57,875 bases of DNA from Klebsormidium nitens (lineage: Eukaryota; Plantae; Klebsormidiophyceae), in the NCBI GenBank assembly GCA_000708835.1, contig DF237518.1, positions 1 through 57,875 of the forward strand, written 5' to 3'. The notes beneath the pieces are model-generated. The model did no database searches. It saw only the letters and a program-made list of their open reading frames with translations, and had not been told where the DNA came from. This document shows, piece after piece, positions 24,474 through 35,304 of this stretch (within the stretch, counting starts at the first letter, position 1; each line of letters starts with the position of its first letter). The position numbers and the translations under genes were made by a program.

Positions 24474-25654
24474 GGATATCCTTTGTTGTTTCGGATATCC
24501 AAAATGTCGTTGCCGAAACTGTTTTGGGCAGCAACAATTGTGCTTGGGTGTCTGTCCAAGTCTACTAGGTTGACCTTATCCTACTGCAGAAGCTTATTGA
24601 ATTCTGCCAATAGGGACTACTTTCCAATTACTGCTTTTCCTTTGACCTTTTGGCGTTTGCTAAAAGGGATGATGCGGACAACAGAAAACTGTCACCTGTG
24701 GCTATGGATGCGGTACTTTATAACTACAGGGGTCTTATCTACTTCCGAACGCAAGGGGTGGGTACACTCCCCTTGAGCTTGCCAGTCGTGTTTATCCTTC
24801 CAAGATTCCCTTTTCAGGACGCACATCTAGTATGCTAACTGGACTCTATCACTAGCTGTTTCACATAGACTCTGAAAAGCTCAGAGCCTCAATGTCCACT
24901 CAACCTGACAGGGGGTTATAACTTTGTCAGGGGCAAATTAAAACAAATCCTGCTCCAGTGGGGTGATTTCCACTTTAGACAAAGAGCGGCATTGGCTAGA
25001 CAGCCAATGTCTCTGGTCCCTTGGATTTCCTGCGCAGTCGACAAATGGCAGCCAACAAGCAGTAAATGAAAGACTCTTCAATCAACTAATTGTAGTCTCA
25101 GGTAATTTGGGTCCAATCCCACCAGTCAGACAATAGTTCTCAGTAACTGACACAACAAAAAGGCAGCGCCTTTCTGGATCACAACCATCCGCACGTGTGG
25201 TTTTTCCGCACGATAACATTTTCACTCTACAAGTCAGTCTGTAATGTCACCCGCGCTCTACCGAGTAGTCGGCGAACCGTACATCGGGTTTTCAACGAGT
25301 GCAAATTTTCGGGGACTTCACCGTTTTTCGGAGTCCGAATTTGCCCGTAAACAGGGGCAAATTGCGATATTGCACCTATATGAGAGAATATTTTTGGCCG
25401 TAGGTCGAAATTGAAAATTCTGTGCAGTGGCTGTCTCCAGGACATCCCCCTGATGGTCTTCAACATTTTTTACGGACTTGAATTCCAAACAGTAGAGCTC
25501 TGCCCAGGCCTAAATATGTCTAAATATTGATTTTGCACTCAAAACCCCTGAAAAACCCGCTGTGAAATCGACATTTGCGTCGCAACCTTATCGTGAGGAG
25601 TTCTTGGCGCAGCCCGCTTTTCTCGGGATGGTTGTGATATTTTTGGTCCTTACC

Positions 25655-26311
25655 TTATCCCTGAAGTAGGGGTTCGTAGTAGTTGTAGGTCTTTGTCTTC
25701 CAGGGAAGGCCCTTGTAATGCTTCTGGTGATGTGGCTGGTACGGCTGAGGGTGCGGCGCGTACTTGGGAAACAGCTGCGGCGGGCGATAAGGGGCCAGTT
25801 GGTAGTGGCCTTTGTACGCCAGGTTATTGTTATCCAGTCGGGTGAAGACAAACGGGTTGTGGTACGCCGGGCCCTGATGCAGCCTTCTTGCCGCGGGGGC
25901 AAAGTGCACACGTCGGTTGCCTCCGAAGCCTGGGGGCCTGGGAGTGTCGGTGCGGTGCTGCTTGCGCCAGTTGGCGTTGTGGACCACTGGGGCAGGGGCA
26001 GGGGCAGGTTTGGGGACCCGGTTAACAGGACGGCGGTGCGGGTTGTTGACGGGGACGGTGTGTTGGCCGCTCCGTCGCTGACGCCGCGGCTTGGAGAGGC
26101 GGATGTCCGGGGTTTCCCTGATGGCTTTGTACACCCCGTGTTGTTTGGTGGTGACGTAGCGGTGTTGAAGGCCGGTCTTCCGGGCTGCTAAGCGGTGACG
26201 CTCAACGGCCTTGGTACCGTCCAGGGCTACGTGTTGGGCAAACAGGGTATCCGCCCGCGTGACAGCGTGCTGCAGCCGGGCTTGGTCGATATCGTCAGTC
26301 TGGGCTGCCAA
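25655..26311 (-). CDS. GC-rich ORF (218 aa) in the long leader, unknown function
   Basis: Open 218 codons, Pro/Arg/His/Tyr-rich; reading frame and start uncertain. Confidence 0.3.
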   Translation of the reverse strand: MAAQTDDIDQARLQHAVTRADTLFAQHVALDGTKAVERHRLAARKTGLQHRYVTTKQHGVYKAIRETPDIRLSKPRRQRRSGQHTVPVNNPHRRPVNRVPKPAPAPAPVVHNANWRKQHRTDTPRPPGFGGNRRVHFAPAARRLHQGPAYHNPFVFTRLDNNNLAYKGHYQLAPYRPPQLFPKYAPHPQPYQPHHQKHYKGLPWKTKTYNYYEPLLQG

Positions 26312-26345
26312 CTGTTGCTCTGGGGTGGGCTCACGACGGTCCTAG

Positions 26346-27222
26346 TCAGAGCTGCCAGGTGCTGATGTTGACCTTCAGGCTGCTGCGAAACGCTCTGGAC
26401 GGGCGTCCAGGGCACTGATCTGAGGTATGGAGGATTGAGTTAGGCCCGCAGCGGTTACACTGGGGCAGACTGGAATGATGGGGAGATGAGGGCGGTGTTG
26501 AAGATAGGCTGGGGACGACAGAACTCCGCCGGCTTTTGATGGCGGGGCTGATGGGGGCGTCGACACGCTCCAAGAGTCCGGGAACACTCTTTGCGTTCTC
26601 CTCCCAATTGGAGTTCTGTAGGTGGAGAATGTGGTTAGTTGTTCCAGGCGTCCGATGCACACTGGCAGCGGACACGCACCAAGTAGAATCCTGAAATGTC
26701 CAAAACTAATAGGACTGAATGGATGTTTGGATGTCCGTTCACTGTAATCTGTCGCTGTATGATTCCGGCTATGACTGGTCTCCAAAGGTCCTTCTGGACT
26801 GTTAAGCGCTGTGTGCCGACAGAAGGTCCGACAGGATCGTCCGTAAAGGTTGTCCTGAGGGGCCGGGTGAGTAATACGAATGCAGACACACTATTCCACT
26901 CCTGCGCTGAAGACTGGCACACTGGACAAGCGAGTGACTTCCAAGTTTCTAATTGCGGACCAATGTAATGTCTGATATCGGCGTAAAGTTGGTCCACCCC
27001 ACAGAGATCGTCCCAGATCCTGTGCTGATATGGATATTCACTTAGATCCCCCACAAGACCTGACTGGCGATACTGCCACGGCAGCTGCTGATCTATTCTC
27101 CGCTGAACCGCAATGGCAATTTCTAGTCTATCCGATTCCCACAATCCAGTTGGGTTTCCAACACCAAAGTTTGTCAATCCAAGCAGGCTAATTCCTACTG
27201 TGGAACTCCGAGAAAAGCTCAT
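26346..27222 (-). pseudogene. Decayed upstream ORF with a zinc-knuckle-like motif
   Basis: 195-aa ORF starting 35 nt inside the element, plus adjacent frame with CNRCGPNSILHTSDQC (26412-26459). Confidence 0.35.
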
Positions 27223-27242
27223 TCACGCGACATTTCTGCCCT

Positions 27243-27257
27243 GACTTTCATTCAAGT
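27243..27257 (-). promoter_or_regulatory. Putative self-priming primer-binding site (ACTTGAATGAAAGTC)
   Basis: Immediately follows segment A on the minus strand; perfect 15-nt reverse complement at 27815-27829 inside segment A; no TGG tRNA-type PBS present. Confidence 0.75.
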
Positions 27258-28244
27258 AGGGACGGAGGGTTTCTTTCAAGAGAGAAGCCCTCAGTGAGGG
27301 TAGAAATTATGTTGCTGAGATCTTGGAGTCACTCGTGCTAACATTCAAGGCTATCCTCACCTTACCCGCATTGTCCGTCCTTGAGGCACAACCCGCAAGA
27401 ATGGTAGTGGTACGCAATCAGTGTATTGGATATCCAAAATGATCAGGCATGAGCAAACGACAAACATGGGCACATAGCACTTACTGATTGAAAGATGGCG
27501 TCGCCGGAGGCGTGAGACATTCTGAGATGAAACGAAGGTGTAACGCTGAAGGCTTATAAGGCCGGTTAAATTACTGTCGTATTCAAACTGTTATTCTGGT
27601 TAAGTTCTCCGTGAGGTCCTTCTGCTTCCATGGTGTTGTCGTCGCTGGTACGGTACTGCTCCTTCGATTTTGCCGGTAGTACTGGCAACTGGTTTGAGTG
27701 CTCAAGGCACTCGGATACGGGGTTGAACGTTCAAGGCGCTCGGATGCTGGGTTGAACGCTCAAGGAGCTCGGATGCTGGGTTGGGCACGGGTGCCCGCTG
27801 GTGATGGATAATTGACTTGAATGAAAGTCGAATTGAAAATGGCGATGCCAATTGACTTAAGTACCTCGTGGAGACTTGCTTGAGTTTGGACGTCCAAAAG
27901 CATTGTCGTGGTGGAAATGGACGGCATGCTAATGTTGGGTTCGTACCTGGATCCGTCACGGTTACACAACCGGTAACATAGCCGGGTATGTACCCTTAGA
28001 ACGTTGTGGAAACGTCTTGGGATTGAATCCGGCAATCACAGGGATTCAGCGAATGCAACTGGTTAATGGACGTCCAATGGAATGCGTCCGTTTGTCATCC
28101 TGTTCTAGCTTGTTCGTTAGTTAAGGCATGGTTATCCTGATCATGAACATGTCTGCTTAACCTAGTACTTGCACGCTTGCGCCACGTGTTGCACGCTTAC
28201 AGGCTAGTCGAGTCGATCTGGCATCGAGGGCATATGGCATGACA
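27258..28244 (-). repeat. Terminal repeat segment A, copy 1
   Basis: Direct repeat of 11232-12227; begins TGTCATGC on the minus strand; lacks segment B on either side. Confidence 0.95.
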
Positions 28245-31200
28245 TAGATTCCCTGCTAACGGCGGGGTTCCGACCATCAGATCGCCGTCGGAGGTCCCGA
28301 AAACGTAAGCTTGACACTGTGATTGGCAGAGACTGAGAAGCATCAAGCATGTCAAGTCCAAGTCATGCTTGAAGTATCTCACCCCGAATCAACAGGTCGG
28401 GATAGCCTGTCACACGGCACACCTCCTTTAGCATCCGATGAACGTCGCACTTTGGAGCCTGGAGTTGGATACAACTGGGTCCGAACCGGGTACCAGGTTG
28501 AATACCCGTGGGTTCAGCGTGGGTACAAACCGCTGTGTACTACCGACCGATGCGCGTCGCTAAACAGTGATCTGCGACAACTTTCTTCTAACTTCAACTT
28601 TGCCCAAAGTTACCAGCAAAAACGATTTTATAATTGCGGCCGGCTGAGGTGACCGTCCGGGCGCTCTTTAATACGGTCTGCAGGTTTGAAGTTTGGCCGA
28701 ACGGTCGGGACGCGGCCGTACCTGATTCTGAGATTTTTGCAACGTGTCGGTCGACAAACTGATCAAATCAAGCATTCATTAATGAACCGTACCACGTGCG
28801 TACAGTATGTTTGAAACTTAGGTACTGTGTGTCAGGGGAACAGGGCCCGTGATCGTTTGCCGGGCACTTTTAAGGTCTACAGATCATACTATAATACTCG
28901 CCTACCGGCCTTTGATTTTGACCGGTAGGCCGGCCGCCCAAAATCTGTACCGGGGTCTGCCGGCGCTTCTCCACCCAGCCTGGTTCAGTTTACATTCAGT
29001 ACTAGTCACCAGTGTGCTCCAGCACCGGGACCTCGAAGGTGTACATCTTTTAAGTACTTGGGCCAAATTTAATGAAATTTAGTGAAATTTAGGCCGCAAC
29101 GCGGTGAACCTTCAGTGTTAGGATTCGCTCCACGGTACACTGACTAAGGTTTCAGATAGGAAACAGCCTTAGTTCGAAAAAGAAGTGTTGAGCTGGCCAA
29201 TCAGAAAGCCGTAGTTGGCAATGTCGCACCCTCGGACATCCGGCCGCCCGCGGGAGGCAGGGAAAAAGGCCCTGATCCCGTACTCAGATTTCTTATCCTT
29301 CTCGCTCCGGGACGAGCTCCCAGCGAGGGAATAGAGAATACAGCTGTGCTCTGCCCTCTGTGGATGTCCCACCAGGGTTGCGCGCGTATAGGATTGTGAC
29401 ACGTGGCGTGCAGACACTTGCTGCTGCTGCAGAAACATGTGTGCGCGCTAAGCCGCGGCGCGATATAAGTTCGACTCGCACGAAGCAGAGTTTGGCACGG
29501 GGAGTCTTTGGTGACCACGTGCGATTGCGGAGAGCCGCTCGATGAATAAAGAGTCTAGAACTACCGTAGATCGATAAGAAGGAATCCAACCGTTGGTCGA
29601 TACAAGTTAGAAGGCTTTGCGGAGAGAGACTAGCCCTCCGCTTTAGTAACGTGACTGGGCAAAGGAACTCAATATCTCATTGAGAACCTGCGCTAAGTCG
29701 TGTTTGGTCTATCGTGCAGGTTCTCTATGGGGCCTCCTTCCGGAGTCTTTTACGAGTCCTGGCGACCTGCGTCATACATAAATAAGGGTCTTTTGGACGT
29801 GGGGTAGGGCCACACAACACTTTGGCCAGAATCGGTAGAAGTTGAAAGATTTGTGGAACTTTAGCTCGTTCCTTGTGTTTCAGATTTCCTAGCTTTTGAG
29901 ATAGAGCGCAGAGGCGCTAAGAAGAGCAGGAACAGGAGATCCATAGCAGCACAGCCCAAGGGGCTAGTGCGCTGTGTAAGCACTAAGTCATTCTGTGTGG
30001 CTTTAAGGCATGACGCCTTGTTATGTTCCAGGTATTGTTGCCCCTCATTGCATGAGTGCTGCGTGACTACCGTCACTGCGCACAGTCTCCGCAGGAAGAA
30101 TGCTCATGGCTAATCAGGGAACTACCCTTGTGATGGTATAACATGAGATGTGCCCCCGAGCACAAGTCAGTGAGTGCATTGCTTGTGTGAGTGAATGAAT
30201 GATGAATGAAAGCTTCGCATATGTAATTGCAGTCTAAAAGTTGCCCAAAGCAAGTGTAATGGGACACTTGTGCATTTGCTGGAGAGCTACTAGGTTCCGG
30301 AGAGCTGTGGTTTGAAAGGCACACGCTACGCACACAAATTCCGCTGCGCAGGCGACTTACCGCGGCTTACCGCGCAGGCCTTGAGCTGGCCGCGTCGCGC
30401 CGCACGCACTAGTGCGCCGAAACTCGATCGCCCCTGCCACGTGGCACTAAACCCCGAGAGTGGGCAGTGGCCGGAGGGGGGGTGTTCTCTAGAGAATAAA
30501 CGGGGTCTGAGTCGCCCGAAATAGGATTGGATGCAACGTCATTTGAATCGTCACTTCTTGACTTCCTATTGATCATTCGGACGGTCATAATGAATCGATC
30601 TTTGTATCAAACGGTCATCCGGGGGCCACTCGATGATCTGATTTCGTCTTACAAAACCGATCATACCCTCTCTTATATCTCCCTCTTTACCACTTTTCTT
30701 CTTTTTTTCTCTCTTTTCTCTCTTCTTTCTCCATGTATCTTGGCTGTGAGTGGCTGTGAGTGGGACCCCACCTGCGATATACTAGATAATACCTATGTAC
30801 AAGGCCGAAAGTACGATCTATACACTGAAGTGCTGAGGAATGTACCAATTAAACCGTGCCGCCGAGCTGCCCATGCGTCGCAGGTTAGGTGGTTAGTCAG
30901 TTAGGGTTGGTCAGGAGCCGCCTCGGTCGAGTCAGAGCCCATAGGCAATGTAGTTAGGCAGTCAGTCAGCGAGTCAGTGAGGAGATTAATATGTTCCGGC
31001 GACCAGTTAGTCTGGTCAGGCTCCATTGAAATCGTCCGAACTACCCCCTATTGTAGCCTACAGCTAGTGCATGCAGCTAGCATTGTCCACGATTCCGCGT
31101 GTGGACTGAATAAGCGGGCCCTTCTATAGGGGAAGGGAGGGGGCCCTAAGAGGATGATGATAACTAGGCAAATCGGCGGGCCGTTTTTGGGAATAGCAGA

Positions 31201-31544
31201 GCATGCGTGAAGGACGCTTCGCACTGGCTGAAATGCACCCGAGAGTCTTGACTGGATTAGGATGAGAAAAAGTGGAAGCGGCAAAAGCTTGGTGTCACAA
31301 GTGAGAAAGCTTGAAGGCCCGTCGATCGACCGGCCTCTACTGGACGCCTCCGAAGCACTTTGGGCCTTGTTCTGGACCCGGCCTACCTGATGATGAACTT
31401 AGAGGGAAATAGATAGGGGGTATATACACCTACTATAGCGTTCGAGGATGACTTGTGTATATAGTGTATATATATGACCCTCTATATAAGCAATTGAATG
31501 ATGAAAGTGAACACCTTGTGATTATTCATGCGGGCCCCATTGGA

Positions 31545-32865
31545 GATGATCCGATGTTGAGAGGCGTGAGAGTTCCTTTGCTAGCCTTTGCGGACGACGT
31601 AGTCCTCCTTTCCACCAGTGCCGCAGGCTTGCAGAGGAAGTTGGAACTTTTGGAGGGTTTCAGTCGCCGGACGGAACTTCTTGTAAACTTGCAAAAGACG
31701 GAGGTCGTCGTTTTTGGGGGAAAAGTCGAAGCACAGAAAGCGAAGCACGAGTTCCGTTATGGGGGAGAGCGCGTAGAGATCGTTGAGAGTTACCGCTATC
31801 TCGGTGTCCAGTTTCACTGCAATGGAAGTTTCCGGCAAGGGGTCCAATTTCTGGCGGAGGCGGGGCGGAAAGCGGCGTTTGCAATGGACCGGAGATGCAA
31901 GGAGCTGGGGCTACGGAAGATCAGCACGAAGCTTGGCATCTTCGATACCCGCGTGAGTCCAATTCTTCAGTACGGGGGAGAGGTGTGGGGTCCGGGGTAT
32001 GGTCGGGAGTGGGGATGGAATGGGGATGGGGACTGTTTGGAGACAGTGCATCGTCTTTTCTTGCGAAGTCTGCTGCGAGCTCGAAAGTCGACTCTTTCAA
32101 AAGCGGTTCTTGGAGAGATGGGCCGGTTTCCGCTTGCCATTGTGAGATGGGAGCGGGTTTTCAGGTTCGTCAATCGGACTTCTGCTCTTTCAAGCGACCG
32201 ACTAGCAAGGTTGGCTCTAGAGGAGTCAAAGGCGATGTGGGCAGCGGGCCAAGGGGGTTGGTACTCAAAAGTCATGGAGAAAGCGAGGGAGTTAGCGACC
32301 GACGAGCAACTAGAGAAGCGGGGTCTCGACGTGAAGATGCTGCGCGACTTCTCCGAGATGGCTTACATGCAAGATCTCCGAGAGGATCATGGGACCAAAT
32401 ACGAGACATACTTTGAGGTGGTCAAAGAAGGTTACTCGTTTGAGCCGTATTTGGATAACATAAGTAGCTTCCCTTTTCCCCACACATTGGCTAAGTTCCG
32501 GATAGGTTCCCACAATCTTGCTGTCGAAACAGGAAAGTGGCAAGGCATAGCTAGAGCAGAAAGACTTCGCATAGTGTGCGGCGCAGATGCAATAGAAGAC
32601 GAATCTCACTTCGTATATGATTGTGTAGCTTACGAAGATCTGAGAAGAATCTTCCATTCCATATTCGACAATAGGGGCACGAAGAGCCTTAGGGCTTTCT
32701 TGAATGGAGAGGACAAGATTGCGGTAGGCAAGTATCTCATCTTTGTATGGAGAGAAGAGCTAGGTAGCACTTTGAAAAGTTAAAAGCTTAGTGTAGTGAG
32801 GACTGTCGTCGACTTAGCCGATCACGGCTCCGAACCGACGTTAAACAAACAAATCAAATCAAAAA
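31545..32865 (+). mobile_element. 5'-truncated non-LTR retrotransposon (LINE, RTE-X/L2-like ORF2 3' end)
   Basis: LLAFADDVVLL (FADD 31587-31598), YRYLGV, C-terminal AKFRIGSHNLAVETGKW..IEDESHFVYDC; 3' tail AAACAAACAAATCAAATCAAAAA. Confidence 0.9.
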
Positions 32866-33769
32866 CAGTACTTACTCGTCTTCACACCTGAATCCAAGAT
32901 TTATTCAAGATTCACATGAATGTTGGAGCAATGAATGGAAGGCCTTGGTTCGTATACAAAGGATTTGTGGTGATCCTGCAGCGAGGGCCGGGCTCCAAGA
33001 TCATAGTCATCATAGTGTCTGTTTAGCATAGCTTCATTCATTCAAGATTCATAAGGATCCTGAACGAGTCCTGAACACATGTTCTCTTTTCAAAACGCCG
33101 CAGTCACATGGACCATAGGCAGTACATATGGGCAATTGTATGAGCTTTGAACGTCTAGCTACCCTACCCGAATCTAAGTCATGCTACTCGCCAAACTAGC
33201 CGGGCACCAAGTCATGAATGATTGAAACTAGAGCGGAGTTGATCTTTATCAAGTGCTGCCCTTAAAGTTCGAAATGCTTTCCGGTGTCCTTAAACCTTAA
33301 CGTCTTTAGTGGTGTTTCATCCAAAATTTACTTGCATGACAATGATTCATGCGGCTTAAAGTCGCCTACCCAGAGCTTCAACTTGAAAGCCATTCGAACA
33401 TGATTCAAAACTGAAATGGATCACGGCTTGGCCTGAATGTTCCATGTGAAAGGTTCACTGGACGATCAAAAGTAGATCTGAAGGCAAGCAAATGACCAGA
33501 TTTAAGGAATAAGGAGGAAAAGAAAGGAAAAGAAGGAACGAAAACGGGTAATACGAAACTTTCCAAAACGACAAGACGAAAGCAAAAAGATCACGAAAGC
33601 GTAAAAGCAGCTAAATGCTGTTATGCTCTGAATTCTTTGCTTTTCGTAATGACTTCATGGACCGAAGTCATCAAGTGAGTCAGAAACGGGTGAAACTGAT
33701 TGCAAAGCACAGAAGCTGGATGATTGTAGCAATGTCTTTCTGATATAGCAGTGCGTTGATTAAGCTGTG

Positions 33770-34520
33770 TCAATAAAGGCTATCATTGAAGCTTAGCAAC
33801 CTGTCAACAGATAATTTATGCAGAATGGTTGCCTCATTGTAGAGTAGTATATCCCACTTGTTCCACCCTTCTAAGTGCAACCTGATGTTTTCGGATATGT
33901 CAGATGTTGCACGGATTGGGACAGATGTGTTTTCAAAATTTGTTGGATTGTATGTATCTGTCCGAATCTTGGGTTGCTTGATTGTCAAGTTGAAAATGCG
34001 TGCCACTACTGGAGCCAAGGGATAGACCTGGTTTAGTCTTTCCGTAACAAATACCAAGGCGAATGTGCTCCTTAGATGAGATAGCGCACATCGAAAGTGA
34101 ACCTCCGTGACCTCCTCATCGCTTGTTGTAAAATGCATATTAGGCCCAACCTTGTACCGACCGGTGGTCCCCTCGTTGCAGAGGAGACGCGTTTGATGAT
34201 TGTTTTTTACAAAAAAAAGAAAGTTCGGGTTGAGCACAAGGTCCTCCCAAGTTGTGCCGTTCAGATATTCTGGAGCATTTCTCAAAAAGTGGTTAACATG
34301 ACTAACAACCCGAGCAATGGGCTCCCTCAACTGTGTAACATATGTAAAAAATCCTTTGTGCCCAATGCGATGGATGCCATATGGTATATGTCCACTAATA
34401 ATTCGAGCGCCACGAAATGCTGTGCGCACGCGGTCTTGCTCCACATGGCGCAAGTCAAGGAGGTGACTCTCGTAATCTCCAGATATAAAAGGAAGACAAT
34501 CTGGTTGCACCCACTCTGGC
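33770..34520 (-). CDS. Sulfotransferase-like host gene, last exon (HS 6-O/Gal-3-O sulfotransferase-like)
   Basis: YVTQLREPIARVVSHVNHF (3'-PB motif), NNHQTRLL, VTERL, NKWDILLYNEA; T-rich AG acceptor near 34521. Confidence 0.8.
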
Positions 34521-34944
34521 CTGAAAAAAAAATGGCACTCAAACCTTTAATTTTCACAAATTTCAATGCAACGGTTCTATAAAAGGGTGATTGAACTCCG
34601 TGAGTGCAAAAAAAAAAACAAAAAAACAAAAAACCAAAAAGCGACCCCTCACGGAACGATATCTCAATCTTGTCACAACGACATAGCACACCTCCAAGAC
34701 CGCTCGTTCACCTAAGCGTCCTTCAGAAAGCATGGTGTTTGGAGCTTCATTTGCAATGAGCGTCCTTGGAACAGCACGGTGTTTGGACCTACAACAACTC
34801 GTCTCCCCTCGTCAAGTACTCTTTTCAAACTTGCACAGTTGGTTTGAATAGCCCATGAGACCGTAGGTTGCAATGAAAGACAGCTCATGGATACCTTGAA
34901 GCAGCGAGTAGCAAAGAGCAACAAGGAAAAACAAACGACCATAC

Positions 34945-35304
34945 TTACGCATCCCACCCCCTCATGTCCAAACACTGGGGATCGAAAACAGCTTCATTTA
35001 GCAACTTGTAAAGCCGGTTGCAATGCTGCTTCAGGTTTTCTGGAAGCTTTAGCTCCTTTTGCAAATGAGGACTGCATTCTGCCTGATTCCGAGTGCTGAA
35101 AATAGCTTGTAAACCAGTGCTGCCAGTTTTCATGATGCGGAGGACAAACACAGTTGCCTTTCTTTGAATAAAAGCTTTCTGGACCTCCTTCAGAGGCATC
35201 ATGATGTCCCGGGAGTTGAGTCTTTCTAACAGGAGCCCAAGTGGGGCTTCTTTGCTGGCGGGGAAGCTGGCACTGCATAATACAGAAGAAGACAGTTTTT
35301 GCAA
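34945..35304 (-). CDS. Sulfotransferase-like gene, upstream exon with PAPS-binding loop (boundaries approximate)
   Basis: TVFVLRIMKTGSTGL resembles the 5'-PSB motif. Confidence 0.65.
   Translation of the reverse strand: MQKLSSSVLCSASFPASKEAPLGLLLERLNSRDIMMPLKEVQKAFIQRKATVFVLRIMKTGSTGLQAIFSTRNQAECSPHLQKELKLPENLKQHCNRLYKLLNEAVFDPQCLDMRGWDA

Larger units (their letters stand above)
11104..28244 (-). mobile_element. Ty3/gypsy LTR retrotransposon with DNA methyltransferase and PHD finger; permuted (split) terminal repeats; 4-bp TSD TAGA
   Basis: Termini TGTCATGC...GCATGACA; TAGA at 11100-11103 and 28245-28248; internal gag-PR-DNMT-RT-RH-IN-PHD on the minus strand. Confidence 0.88.

Noticed and set aside
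12358-27257. Independent LTR-less insertion into one of two tandem LTRs
   Set aside because: No TSD or LTRs of its own, and its PBS pairs with a sequence inside segment A, tying it to these repeats. Not formally excluded.
11104-28244. DIRS/PAT/Ngaro tyrosine-recombinase retroelement
   Set aside because: The repeat layout fits, but the element has a protease and a DDE integrase and I found no R..HxxR..Y recombinase ORF.
11078-28579. Solo LTR TGTCGCA..TGCGACA of about 357 bp hosting the large element
   Set aside because: 7-bp terminal match only; flanks CACAA and ACTTT give no TSD and there is no second copy in the window.
28634-29099. MITE with TTGCGGCC/GGCCGCAA ends
   Set aside because: Only an 8-bp inverted repeat and no TSD.
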